From NCBI GenBank assembly GCA_019058295.1, contig JAHPZI010000021.1, forward strand, positions 128,001-192,000: 64,000 nt of DNA, given 5' to 3'. The notes below the pieces were generated by a model. The model made no database searches. It saw nothing but the letters and a program-made list of their open reading frames with translations, and was not told the origin of the DNA. This document shows, piece by piece, positions 40,902 to 51,502 of the stretch. Each line of letters opens with the position of its first letter. Within the stretch, counting starts at the first letter, position 1. The translations under genes and the position numbers were made by a program. The DNA comes from Promethearchaeota archaeon (GTDB taxonomy: Archaea; Asgardarchaeota; Lokiarchaeia; Sigyniarchaeales; SOKP01).

Positions 40902-42068
40902 ATGTATTTAAGCGGTCTAATAAGGAAAGAATTTAGTAGAATTAAAGCCGATAAAAGAACGTTAATTTTAATATTTACAATCCCAGTCATATTAATCGTG
41001 ATATTCGGTCTAACTAGTGGAGGAGGCCCCACTGAATTCTATAACGCTGCAATTATTTCTCGTGATAAAATACCATACGAAACTCCTGAATTCCCTGTCG
41101 AATCAAATTCTACCCTTAATTATGACGATATATTTATTGATGTTGTGGAGGATGATTGTTCAGCATGGGGCCTTATTGAATCGTACTCATGTGATAATGA
41201 GGAAGAGTATGATGATGCATTTGAAGAGTGCTTTGAGCTCCTAAGGAATGAAATCATAGATGTATTTATTATTTTAGAGGAAGATTTCTCTGAAACAATA
41301 GAGAACGAAACTGATACAACTCTTACTTATTACATCGATGGATCAGATTTAGAGGCGGTTGATGCAATTGATGTGGCGATTCAGGAACCGATTGGTTTGT
41401 TTAAAATTAAGGCGCGAAAGACGGCTAATTTTGTAATAATGGTTCCTTATCTGGAGTATGAAGTTCCTTTTTGGGAGACTCAGGTACTCAACTATGCCCT
41501 ATCCATAGTTTTATCAATGCTTATTCTAGGATTGTTAATGAATCTTACTTCTTTATCAATTGTGTCTGAAGGACCGCTCCCACGTATGATGCTTACTCCA
41601 ACAGCAAAAAAAGAAATAATCTTAAGTAAACTGATTGCAAATTCTATAATAATGTTATTACAGGTAACAATTATATTTGCTATGTCAGCGATATTTGGGA
41701 TGTTTTCTTTAGGATCATTGTTTAGTCTCTATTTGATTTTAATTGCAATAGGTTTTTGTGGGATTTGCATTGGATTATTCATTTCCTCAATAAGTAAGAC
41801 GGAACAACAAGCAAACCAAATTTATATAATGCTTTTTATCGCTTTATTGATGTTTTCAGGCTCATTCTTAAGAATGGATACATTACCACTCGCAATGCAA
41901 GTCATAATCAATGCGTTGCCATTAAGTCATGCCGTTCCATTAATAAATGAAGTTACTAAAAAAGGCTTACCTATTGATTTATTCCACTTTTTTAGTTTAA
42001 ATTTGATTTCTTTGGGGTTCATAATAGGAGCATATATTGCGTATAGATTTAAAAAAGTGGAGGTCTGA
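40902..42068 (+). CDS. ABC-2 type exporter permease
   Basis: IRKEFSRIKADKR, acidic ectodomain, LTPT...ILSK, FSG, PLSHA. Confidence 0.88.
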   Translation: MYLSGLIRKEFSRIKADKRTLILIFTIPVILIVIFGLTSGGGPTEFYNAAIISRDKIPYETPEFPVESNSTLNYDDIFIDVVEDDCSAWGLIESYSCDNEEEYDDAFEECFELLRNEIIDVFIILEEDFSETIENETDTTLTYYIDGSDLEAVDAIDVAIQEPIGLFKIKARKTANFVIMVPYLEYEVPFWETQVLNYALSIVLSMLILGLLMNLTSLSIVSEGPLPRMMLTPTAKKEIILSKLIANSIIMLLQVTIIFAMSAIFGMFSLGSLFSLYLILIAIGFCGICIGLFISSISKTEQQANQIYIMLFIALLMFSGSFLRMDTLPLAMQVIINALPLSHAVPLINEVTKKGLPIDLFHFFSLNLISLGFIIGAYIAYRFKKVEV

Positions 42069-42074
42069 TAAATA

Positions 42075-43307
42075 TTGGATGAGAATAATCATAATACGAG
42101 TAGCATCGACACGTATGAAGGTGGTTTTTTAAAATTAAAAATTCGATTATTTCGATTGGTAAAACAGATAAAAAAAGAATTCCAGCTTTTAAAAACCGAT
42201 AAAGTAAATCTATTTATTGCCCTCGCACTACCACCACTAATAATATGGATGTTCGCTTCCATGTCTTCTGCTGGTGCCTCAGAGATCATTCCAGTTAAAT
42301 GTACTGTTGTTAGCTACGATTCCGAAGTATATGTCAATCAAGATAACTATACTATTACAACTTTTTGGGATAATTTTACTGAAAGATATTTAGACGCGGT
42401 CGAAAAATCTAAATATTTGGACCTTGTTGATTTCTACGATGCAAGTGAAGAAAAATATGCTATGGAAACGGCAAGAGATGATTTACGTGATAGTAAAATT
42501 GGAATTATAATTGAGATTCCTGTAGAGTTCTCAGAGTTTTTATCTACAGGTTTACCTGGTATAATCGAATGTATACCAGATTCCTCAGAAATATTCTATA
42601 TTCAAGAAAAACTCAATGCCGTTGAGGATTCAATTGATCTTTTTGTGGAAGATAACAATTTAGACCCTCAATTCGTCCGTATGGAATACGACGAGTACTC
42701 AGTGCCATCTGATTATAATTTCAGATTCAATTATAGCATGATTATATTATTTTCATTTATGATTTTTGGTATTAGCACTGTACTTACTATTTTAGTAGTT
42801 GTACAAGAAAAACCTATACCTCGTCTTTTGCTAACCCCAGCTAAAAAACATGAAATTCTCTTGTCCAAATATATTACATATTTAATTATTTTAGCGCTCC
42901 AAGTATTTCTAATTCTTTCAACTGCACTTCTTAATGGTCTCTATGTGGCTGGCTCGTTGTTTGATATATTTTTAGCCTTATTCATTTTAGGCTTAACGGG
43001 CGTCTCTTTAGGAATGTTTATCAGCACTGTTAGCAAAACTAAGACAGAAGCTAATCAATTATTCTTCGCCGCGTTCATTGTCATTGTCCTTTTGAGTGGG
43101 ATTTTTGTTCCCATAGAATCTATGCCTGAATATTTACAAATAGTGGCGTTTATCTTACCATTATCTCATGGAAAACCAATGATAAATGGAATCTTATCAA
43201 AAGGGAAATCAGTCTTTTGCTTCGACTTTTTTGCTTTGCTTATTTTAAGTATTGCATTTATATTACTTTCATTTTTGGTAATTAAAAGAAAAAGATATGA
43301 GGTGTAA
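42075..43307 (+). CDS. ABC-2 type exporter permease
   Basis: IKKEFQLLKTDK, LLTP...ILLSK, LSGIFVPIESMP, PLSHG. Confidence 0.88.
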   Translation: MDENNHNTSSIDTYEGGFLKLKIRLFRLVKQIKKEFQLLKTDKVNLFIALALPPLIIWMFASMSSAGASEIIPVKCTVVSYDSEVYVNQDNYTITTFWDNFTERYLDAVEKSKYLDLVDFYDASEEKYAMETARDDLRDSKIGIIIEIPVEFSEFLSTGLPGIIECIPDSSEIFYIQEKLNAVEDSIDLFVEDNNLDPQFVRMEYDEYSVPSDYNFRFNYSMIILFSFMIFGISTVLTILVVVQEKPIPRLLLTPAKKHEILLSKYITYLIILALQVFLILSTALLNGLYVAGSLFDIFLALFILGLTGVSLGMFISTVSKTKTEANQLFFAAFIVIVLLSGIFVPIESMPEYLQIVAFILPLSHGKPMINGILSKGKSVFCFDFFALLILSIAFILLSFLVIKRKRYEV

Positions 43308-44333
43308 ATGATCGAAAAATCTGCTGAAATAATGGTAAATGTTGAAAATTTAAATGTTAAATTCGGAGACAAACAAGTTGTTCATAATGTATCTTTTCAA
43401 GTGAAATCCGGAGAAATAATCGGTTTATTTGGTATCAGCGGTGCTGGTAAAACAACAATTATACGAGTACTTACGTGCCAGCTCAATAAAAAGAACTGGA
43501 ATGGTAACGTAAAAGTCACGGATTTAAATCCCGCACAAAGTAAAAATCATCCGAAAATCTTAAGCAATATTGGATATGTTCCTCAACTTGAAGGACTCAA
43601 TCTTTACTATGAGTTGTCACCTATGACGAATGTAGAAATATTTGCATCAACATATGGATTGAAAAAAAAAAATGCGAAAGAAATAGCAAAAGAACTATTT
43701 TCGATACTTGACATTCCAGAAGATACTTGGAAAAAACGGCTAAAAAAATTAAGCGGAGGAGAAAAAAAGAGAGTTTCCGTAGCGATTGGTTTAATCCATC
43801 AGCCTAAAATTCTATTTCTTGACGAGCCTACGACTGGTGTTGATGCCGCAAAAAGATATGAAGTTCTTTCATATTTAAAAAAGTTAAATCGAAAATTAGG
43901 GACGACAATGTTTCTTATTACACACGATATGGAGGCAGCTTTAATATGTGATAAAAGCGCGATTTTGAGAGATGGAAAATTATTAGAATTCGATTCTAAT
44001 GATAATCTCATAGCATCACTCCCGAGTGGTGGCTTATTAACTAGATTAACTATTGAAGATCTTACTGAGAATAAAATAAAAATTATTAAAAATTTTACAC
44101 CCGTACAAAAAACTATACGTGTAGGAAATGAAATAATTGAAGTGTTTATTGAGGATTTTGAAGAAAACCTTCAAAAATTAATTGAATATACGATAAAAAA
44201 CAATTTAAAAGTTACGTCCATGAGTAAGGATAATGCTACTTTTAGAAGGTATTTCCAGATTAGAATCCAAGAAGAAGAGGAGAAAGAAAGGACATTAAGA
44301 GAAAGCGTACAGATAATGGAAGGTGAGGCATAA
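43308..44333 (+). CDS. ABC transporter ATP-binding protein
   Basis: GISGAGKTT, GYVPQ, LSGGE, LFLDEPTTG, ITH. Confidence 0.93.
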   Translation: MIEKSAEIMVNVENLNVKFGDKQVVHNVSFQVKSGEIIGLFGISGAGKTTIIRVLTCQLNKKNWNGNVKVTDLNPAQSKNHPKILSNIGYVPQLEGLNLYYELSPMTNVEIFASTYGLKKKNAKEIAKELFSILDIPEDTWKKRLKKLSGGEKKRVSVAIGLIHQPKILFLDEPTTGVDAAKRYEVLSYLKKLNRKLGTTMFLITHDMEAALICDKSAILRDGKLLEFDSNDNLIASLPSGGLLTRLTIEDLTENKIKIIKNFTPVQKTIRVGNEIIEVFIEDFEENLQKLIEYTIKNNLKVTSMSKDNATFRRYFQIRIQEEEEKERTLRESVQIMEGEA

Positions 44334-47300
44334 TAGAGAATAAAGCAAAACGAAAATTAAAAATATTATTATTATTATCAGCATTATTCGCTTTACAAAT
44401 TACCATTTTAGCTGTAATAAACTATCCTTGGATAAAATATTATGATGATGATGAACTTCAAGATTTGAAAGAAGATATGATGGAATTTTCATATTCACAC
44501 AAAAATTCTGATTCTGATCTTTTTATTGAACCTGAAATCGACGCAAACTTCCGTGCAATTGATTCAATTGATTTTTCTCAGGTTAATCCATATTTAACCG
44601 ATTTAATTTCTCCTAGGTCAATTAGTTATATTAAGGATTATGATGAGTTCTTTTTTGATTATTTATTTGAAAAACAGAACAATAATGGTTCATTTTCTGA
44701 TATTGGTGGGTTAGGCAACATGTTTTCAACTTATGAGGTAATAGAAATTATAGATTTATTAAATCCTACTTATTTTTATTTAAAATCCGATGAAATTGGG
44801 AAAATTTTAACTTATATCCAAAATTGTCTTGTAGAGAATGGATGGGGTTTTAAATATAATGAATACGCCCCTTTACCCGATATTATATCTACATATTGTG
44901 CAATTCATATGGCTAATATATTTAACGCCAAATCCATTCTTAGTAATCCAAATATTACTAATTATGTAGAACTAAGCACTTGGGCTGGTGAACCTGTTGA
45001 GCAATTGTATTATAGAATTAAAGCTTATTTAGAATTAGGGCAAAAATTCAATCAATTTCAAAATGATACTATTGCAAATTATCTTAAGAGTCTTAGAAAC
45101 ATCGATGGTGGATACTCTAACGTTGGAGGAGCCAACGTTCAATCTACTTTTTATGCATTATCATCAATGTATAGTTTAAATATTATGCCAGATGAAGCTA
45201 ATGAAACACTTCAGTTTGTCCTTAATTGTGGGAAGTTAGATGGAGGTTTTGGATCAGATCCTTATTTGAACAGTAGTTCAGATTTTACATCTGGATGGGC
45301 TGCCATGAAATCAATAGATTTACTCAAAGATAAGGTTAATTTACCAGGTGTGAATATCGAAACCTATATTCAAAATTATTATAACTGGTTATACACCCAT
45401 CAAGCAAAGAACGGATTATTTGGGCAAACTTCACTTGAAGCAAATTATTTAGGAGCATTATCGATATATCTCGTCGAGCCTGATAATTTTACTGATTATG
45501 TTGATATAGATAATATGTGGGACTATGTTGAAGATTGTTATAATAAAGGAGATGGAGGGTTTAGCTCTCAACCTGGTGGAAGTACAAGTTTATTAGCAAC
45601 TTATCATGCAATTAATCTTTATGAAATATTACTTATTTATTCAGATATTTCTCTTCCTGATAGAAAAGATATCATTGATTATTTAGTTGATCTTCAAGAT
45701 GATGATGGAGGATTTGAATTAGGGATTGATATAAATGAAATTATGTCACTTTTTGGACCATTAAGTCAAATGTTTACAGATCTAATTGAACCAGATGCAC
45801 CAACTATTGAAAGTACATATTGGGGTGTAGTATCGCTAAAAATTTTAGATGCTTTGGATAAGATAGATGAGGAAAATTTAATTCATTGGATTTCAGCAGC
45901 CCAAAGCGCTGATGGGGGTTTTCCAATAGTTTTAGGGTTTCATAGCGACACTATTTCAACTTATTTTGGATTAAAAACTTTAAAAATTTTAAAAATAGAA
46001 CCTATGTCAACAATTGCGGCAATAGAATTTTTGAAAAAAGCCCAAGATGAAGATGGAAGCTTTGTTCCGATCCCTGTAATCTCAGATCTTTTTGAGTTTC
46101 CATCGACATTTTTCGTATCATATTTCGCAGCAATGGGACTATACGAATATGATTTTCAACCAGAAAATATTGAAGATTTAATTGATTGGTACGAAGATTG
46201 TCTCAGTTCTAACACAGGAGGAATTGGAGACTTTCCTATGTTTGGTGGAGATTTAAGAAATACTCCATATGGTATAATGCTCATTGAAGAATTAAGTTAT
46301 GACCAAAGTTTTAACCCAAAACCTTGGAACGATTTAATTACTTCAATCTTTATTATAGAAATTTTAATATTACTTTTATTTGGCATGCTAAAGATTATTT
46401 CCTTATTAAATGTAACAGTTTCCAAAAAATTGAAAGAAAGATTTGGAGTCGGTGAAAAATATAATATATCATATTTGGAAAAGTTCCCAGCCATTTTATG
46501 CGATAGTGTAAATATTTTTGCTGGTAGAAAGTTAATAGTTGAGTCTGTGTCGATGAAATTAAAGCATGGAGAAATTTTAGGAGTCTTAGGAGAGAGTGGT
46601 GCTGGTAAGTCAACATTTGTAAAATCACTTTTAGGAATGCGAAAATATAATGGAAAAATTCAGATTTATGGTATGAATGTCAAGAAGAAACATAAGAAGA
46701 TGCGACCAATTTATGGTTATGTCCCCCAAGATCTTGGTAAAATTTACCTAAATTTCACGACTTTGCAAAATATAATGTATTTCGGAAAGCAATACGATAT
46801 GACAGAGAAATTGATTATGCAAAAAACAAAGCGGATATTAACCGCTTTAGAAATTGAAGATAAAATGCATGAAAAGGTTAAAAATTTATCTGGTGGTCAA
46901 AAAAGACGTGTATCCATTGCTATGGCATTAATTCATGATCCTATTATCATTTGGATGGATGAACCGACTAGTGGATTGGATCCAGTTGTGAGGGAAAATC
47001 TTTGGCTAGCATTGACTAAAATTAATGAACAATTTAATTCAACCTTAATAGTTGTAACTCATTATCCTGAAGAATCTCAATTTTGCCACCGCGTTGCCAT
47101 ATTTGGGAGAATGAGAGGGATGATAGATTATGGCCGTCCTAAAGATTTATTAGCTCAATTACCAGGTAAAGGAAGAACTGTAGACTTATATTTTAATGAG
47201 GTAAATGAAAATGCGATTGAAAGGCTCGAATCCATTGAAGGTATTGATAAAGCTCTTGAAAATAAAGCGGGAACTGATTTTTCTTTACTTTCCGATTTGA

Positions 47301-47431
47301 ATATAAACTCGATAGAAGAAAAAATTAAATTAAATTTTGGTAATGATTCTATTAAAGATATAAATCAGAACGATACAAAGATGGAACAATATTTTAGATA
47401 TAAAGCGATGGAGGTTCCAAAATTAGAATGA
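44330..47431 (+). CDS. Signal anchor - prenyltransferase/squalene-cyclase-like repeat ectodomain - TM - ABC ATPase fusion
   Basis: Frame extends upstream of 44465 to ATA 44330/44333, adding KRKLKILLLLSALFALQITILAVI. About 9 QxxDGGF..STYxA repeats, one TM, then GESGAGKS, LSGGQ, WMDEPT. Confidence 0.8.
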   Translation: MIENKAKRKLKILLLLSALFALQITILAVINYPWIKYYDDDELQDLKEDMMEFSYSHKNSDSDLFIEPEIDANFRAIDSIDFSQVNPYLTDLISPRSISYIKDYDEFFFDYLFEKQNNNGSFSDIGGLGNMFSTYEVIEIIDLLNPTYFYLKSDEIGKILTYIQNCLVENGWGFKYNEYAPLPDIISTYCAIHMANIFNAKSILSNPNITNYVELSTWAGEPVEQLYYRIKAYLELGQKFNQFQNDTIANYLKSLRNIDGGYSNVGGANVQSTFYALSSMYSLNIMPDEANETLQFVLNCGKLDGGFGSDPYLNSSSDFTSGWAAMKSIDLLKDKVNLPGVNIETYIQNYYNWLYTHQAKNGLFGQTSLEANYLGALSIYLVEPDNFTDYVDIDNMWDYVEDCYNKGDGGFSSQPGGSTSLLATYHAINLYEILLIYSDISLPDRKDIIDYLVDLQDDDGGFELGIDINEIMSLFGPLSQMFTDLIEPDAPTIESTYWGVVSLKILDALDKIDEENLIHWISAAQSADGGFPIVLGFHSDTISTYFGLKTLKILKIEPMSTIAAIEFLKKAQDEDGSFVPIPVISDLFEFPSTFFVSYFAAMGLYEYDFQPENIEDLIDWYEDCLSSNTGGIGDFPMFGGDLRNTPYGIMLIEELSYDQSFNPKPWNDLITSIFIIEILILLLFGMLKIISLLNVTVSKKLKERFGVGEKYNISYLEKFPAILCDSVNIFAGRKLIVESVSMKLKHGEILGVLGESGAGKSTFVKSLLGMRKYNGKIQIYGMNVKKKHKKMRPIYGYVPQDLGKIYLNFTTLQNIMYFGKQYDMTEKLIMQKTKRILTALEIEDKMHEKVKNLSGGQKRRVSIAMALIHDPIIIWMDEPTSGLDPVVRENLWLALTKINEQFNSTLIVVTHYPEESQFCHRVAIFGRMRGMIDYGRPKDLLAQLPGKGRTVDLYFNEVNENAIERLESIEGIDKALENKAGTDFSLLSDLNINSIEEKIKLNFGNDSIKDINQNDTKMEQYFRYKAMEVPKLE

Positions 47432-49179
47432 GTCTTACTCGAGTGCCACAATTAGAGGTTCTAAGATTAAAAATTGTTGATGCAATTCGATTTTCGGAAA
47501 AATATTGGATGATTTATAGAGAAAGAACCTTTGGAATTGCTACTATTTTAGATTTAATTTATAAAAGATTATATATTGAAATCTTATTTTTCACCAATGA
47601 GGATGTAAAGAAACGCGGTGTTCCCCTCATAAAAATATATACCCCAACAGAGACTGAATTTGATTTTATTGAAATTATAGTGGATCCAGATATTGATAAA
47701 GATGGACTTGTTAGCCCTAAAAAAATAATAGAAAGAGTTAATAAGCTGATTAAAAAAGAGTTAGAATATCATTTAAACATATTGGATAATGAAATTCAAT
47801 TAATTGATGAGCATTTTGAAAACAGTCCAGTTTATGGGAATCCTTACTTCAGAAAGATAAGAATTTATCTTCCGGATCTAATTATTAAATTCAAGATTAA
47901 TTTAGAAAAATACCCTCTTGAACCAAAATTAATGGAAAAAAATCAAATTATAATTGAAAAATATATAAAAACATATATAGATCGTTTTAAAGAGATATTA
48001 AGAGAGAAAATTACAGGTGTAGGCAGGCAAAAAGTAAAAAAGATGAAATCCTTTATGGAAGATCTTTCTATAAACACAGATGTAATTAAAGGTTGGGATG
48101 CTGAGAACCCGCCTCATGTCTTCCAAATAATTAGATCATTATTTAACTTAAAGGAGGGTACACAGAGTCTCGTACTTAATAATATATCTTCTGGAGACGA
48201 TATTAAAGATATAATATTTAGGATTCATAGAGGTCAATCAATTGGAATCTTTTACGATTTAGAATCATCAAGTGAATTGAGATCAACTTCACCAATCATG
48301 AAATTATTTAATATGATAGCGGGATCTCAATTAATAGATTCAGGAGATATCAAATTATTTGGAAAACATATACAGTTGGCTACGAATGATGAGTTGAAAA
48401 AAATTGTTATAACTTCGCATTTAATTGATGAGAGAATATTAAATATGTCTATTAAGAAAGCAGTACAGTACAATATTAAAATAAAACCAAAATGGAAAAT
48501 CAGAAAGAGAGCTTTTAGCACTAAAGTAAAATATGCTGGAATTTTTAGTAAAATTGACGAGATTATATCGTTGCCTCCAAAATACAAGACTAAAAAGAGC
48601 TTTATAAACTCCGCATTAGAAGTAACAGGACTATTAAACAGAAAAAAAGAAAAAGTGTCTAAACTTTCTAATATAGATCGTTTATTATTATCAATCTCAA
48701 GAGAACTTCTAAAATCACCTGATATAATTATGTTCTCTGTACCTCCACGCAAGTTAGAACGGATTCAAGGTGAAAATTTTAACGATTTTATGAATAAAAT
48801 AAAAAAGAAGTTTCACGTTATCTTAATAATTCATGGTCGTAAAAATATTGTTTCAAACTGCGATAAAATCCTTATGGTTTCTGGAAAAATTGCTGAACTT
48901 GGCACTGTCAATGATTTTATTTCTAAGATTCCCAATTTTGGTGAAATCATCACGATTGAATTAAATAACCCTGATATTGACGCATTGAAAAAAATGCTAG
49001 AAATTAAATCAGCAACCTTTATTACAGAACGTGTTAACGAAAAATACAAAATCTTTTCAAGAAAGAATCCAGATCAATTGATAATTAAATTAATGGAAAT
49101 CGTTGGCCCGTATATTTATAATTATAAAAAATATAAAGCATCAATGCTTGAATATTTAGAATTTTTTAATTTAAATTAA
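47428..49179 (+). CDS. RWD/UBC-like domain(s) fused to an inactive ABC ATPase
   Basis: NEIQLIDEHF...FKINLEKYPLEP...WDAENPPHV. ABC fold with no Walker A, signature LSNID and Walker B IIMFSV. Confidence 0.6.
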   Translation: MSLTRVPQLEVLRLKIVDAIRFSEKYWMIYRERTFGIATILDLIYKRLYIEILFFTNEDVKKRGVPLIKIYTPTETEFDFIEIIVDPDIDKDGLVSPKKIIERVNKLIKKELEYHLNILDNEIQLIDEHFENSPVYGNPYFRKIRIYLPDLIIKFKINLEKYPLEPKLMEKNQIIIEKYIKTYIDRFKEILREKITGVGRQKVKKMKSFMEDLSINTDVIKGWDAENPPHVFQIIRSLFNLKEGTQSLVLNNISSGDDIKDIIFRIHRGQSIGIFYDLESSSELRSTSPIMKLFNMIAGSQLIDSGDIKLFGKHIQLATNDELKKIVITSHLIDERILNMSIKKAVQYNIKIKPKWKIRKRAFSTKVKYAGIFSKIDEIISLPPKYKTKKSFINSALEVTGLLNRKKEKVSKLSNIDRLLLSISRELLKSPDIIMFSVPPRKLERIQGENFNDFMNKIKKKFHVILIIHGRKNIVSNCDKILMVSGKIAELGTVNDFISKIPNFGEIITIELNNPDIDALKKMLEIKSATFITERVNEKYKIFSRKNPDQLIIKLMEIVGPYIYNYKKYKASMLEYLEFFNLN

Positions 49180-49191
49180 ACATAAAAAAAT

Positions 49192-50016
49192 GTGAGTAAA
49201 AAAATGATAAAAAGTTTTTACATAATGAAACAAAATGGATTGTTGATATATTCAAAGAATTACACGAAAGAAGACTTTGAAGATAATATCATGATTGGTT
49301 TTTTTGCTTCAATCGCAAATTTTAGCAGAGAGGCCTTACGGAGTGTGATAAAATATATCGATTTGGGTCAAGATAATAAATTAATATTAGCTGAACAACA
49401 AGATGAAAAATTAGTGGCTGCAGCAATAGTTAATTCTTCAGACGATAATGACCTTATTACTAAAGTTCTTAATAACATCATGCACGAAATTATCATTATG
49501 TTTTCACCAGATTATGAATCTGACAAAATAGATATAAACGAAATGGAAAAAATAATAGATGGAAATATAAAAAATAAAACTAGCTTATCTACAATAAAAA
49601 GACTTGTTCTCTCGTGGATTATTTTAGTACCTATTACCATCTTAATTGCCATCTTAAATCTAATGGCAACTTCGTATTATTTTCAATACATTTTTTTTGA
49701 AGAGCGCACATATTCTCAAGAAGAATTAATTACTGAAGTAATTCCTGAAGTAATGGTTATATCAATGGTAATTGTAGTAATTGTTTTTGTACTTCCAAAT
49801 CTTATCTCCGGCTATATTACTTTAAATCGGAATTTAGCATTTTTAAATTCGGGGTTATATCTTGTAGTAATACTCATTGCCTATTTATATTCAGTAGATC
49901 CGCTATTTTTCTTTGTTATTCTTTTCTATTTACCTGCTGCTATTTTCACATCAAATGTTTTTGCATATATTGGTTTTAGATTAGGAATTAAAAAAAAAAT
50001 TGTAAAAAAAAAATAA
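49192..50016 (+). CDS. Longin-like domain fused to about 4 TM helices
   Basis: IKSFYIMKQNGLLIYSKNY...IMIGFFASIANFSRE...IKYIDLG; hydrophobic C-terminal half. Confidence 0.65.
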   Translation: MSKKMIKSFYIMKQNGLLIYSKNYTKEDFEDNIMIGFFASIANFSREALRSVIKYIDLGQDNKLILAEQQDEKLVAAAIVNSSDDNDLITKVLNNIMHEIIIMFSPDYESDKIDINEMEKIIDGNIKNKTSLSTIKRLVLSWIILVPITILIAILNLMATSYYFQYIFFEERTYSQEELITEVIPEVMVISMVIVVIVFVLPNLISGYITLNRNLAFLNSGLYLVVILIAYLYSVDPLFFFVILFYLPAAIFTSNVFAYIGFRLGIKKKIVKKK

Positions 50017-50033
50017 GGCAAAAAAAAAAGAAT

Positions 50034-51398
50034 TTACTTTTCTTCTGATACTTTTACAAATTTAAGGACCAATAGTCCCAGTAGCATAATAATCCCCATA
50101 GCAAGTAAACCTAAACCCCACGCGTATTTACCAATCACATCAGCACTCAGTAAAATAGCTCCAAAAATTATAGGCCCTAAGGATGCCGATGCCTTTCCAC
50201 TTATGCTTGTAAAGCCAAAATACTCCCCAAATTTTTCTTTAGGTGAGATCCTTGTCACCATGATTCTGTTTGCGGTCCAAGTGCCCCCAAGTGCGGGTCC
50301 AGCGACGACCCCCATTATAATACTAAGCATGAAAGGATAATTTAAGCCAATATCGATATAACGAAAGGCAAAAATTAAATAAATACCTAATATCAGAGAG
50401 ATTGCCCATAAAAAGCATACTAAATAAAAGCAAATTTTTGGACCATGTTTTTCTCCAAACTTTCCAACGAAATAAGTAAAGATTACAGCTGAAAATGTTG
50501 CTATTATTATGAAAAGCACACCAAATATATCAGAAGCTTTACCTCCTGTTCCAATAATAAGACCATCAGTTATAAGAGGCATCATAAAGATAACTAAAGT
50601 CTGTGCGATATTACCAATTAAAAAATACGCAAATATATAGATGACCATTGGTTTATGTTGTTTTATATCCTTAAGTGTGGCTTTTAATTGTCTGAAGGAA
50701 TCACCAATTCTTTTACCAACGGGAGGAATTTGTCCTGTTTTTTGTTTTTCACGAACTATGAAAAATGGAATCATCAGAACGAGAAAAAGAACCATGGGTA
50801 AAACAAATGTTATCCAATAACCAGCGTAACCGTATGAAAGATCTCCTTGAGTTGGATCACTTACGACATCACCCCACATAATCATTAATGGTAGCAGAAC
50901 AATTAAAGAGATAATAGTACCAAAATATCCCCATGCAATCCCAAACCCAGAGACTTTTCCTATATCTTCTTTTTTAGCAATAAAAGGAATCATGGCATCG
51001 TAGAAAATCAGACTTAATTGATAAGAAACATTCGCAAGGACGTAAAAGATTAGTACAACGATTAGACTATGGAAAAAACCGAGTAGACTCGCAAAAAGAA
51101 TGCAAAGTCCGCCCAAACTTATAACATACGGTTTCCGTTTCCCACTTTGATCACCAAAGGCGCCAACGATAGGAACTGTAATCGCTAATCCTGCTTGCAT
51201 AAGACCTTGAACAAGCCCAAAAATAAAGCTTGCTTGACCATAAGTTATTCCATCTTCCAGCTGAGCAATGACCATTATATATCGAAAAATGATTAAGCTT
51301 ACAATTACCATTGAATAAATCGTATTTGCCAAATCATACATAGCCCAGAAAAATACATTTTTTTTATCAGTTTTAGTTTCTACTTCCACTTCATTCAT
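50034..51398 (-). CDS. MFS transporter (UMF1/Atg22/BtlA-like)
   Basis: WAMYDLANTIYS, GAFGDQSGKRK, YDAMIP, GKVSGFG.AWGY.G, GEYFGF. Confidence 0.88.
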   Translation of the reverse strand: MNEVEVETKTDKKNVFFWAMYDLANTIYSMVIVSLIIFRYIMVIAQLEDGITYGQASFIFGLVQGLMQAGLAITVPIVGAFGDQSGKRKPYVISLGGLCILFASLLGFFHSLIVVLIFYVLANVSYQLSLIFYDAMIPFIAKKEDIGKVSGFGIAWGYFGTIISLIVLLPLMIMWGDVVSDPTQGDLSYGYAGYWITFVLPMVLFLVLMIPFFIVREKQKTGQIPPVGKRIGDSFRQLKATLKDIKQHKPMVIYIFAYFLIGNIAQTLVIFMMPLITDGLIIGTGGKASDIFGVLFIIIATFSAVIFTYFVGKFGEKHGPKICFYLVCFLWAISLILGIYLIFAFRYIDIGLNYPFMLSIIMGVVAGPALGGTWTANRIMVTRISPKEKFGEYFGFTSISGKASASLGPIIFGAILLSADVIGKYAWGLGLLAMGIIMLLGLLVLKFVKVSEEK

Positions 51399-51502
51399 AT
51401 TGAATCATCTTACGGTATTTCTAATTTAAAAATATGGTTTAATTTATTTAAAGATGATAATAAAAAAAAGAAATTAAATAATGAGAAAACTATAATTATT
51501 TA

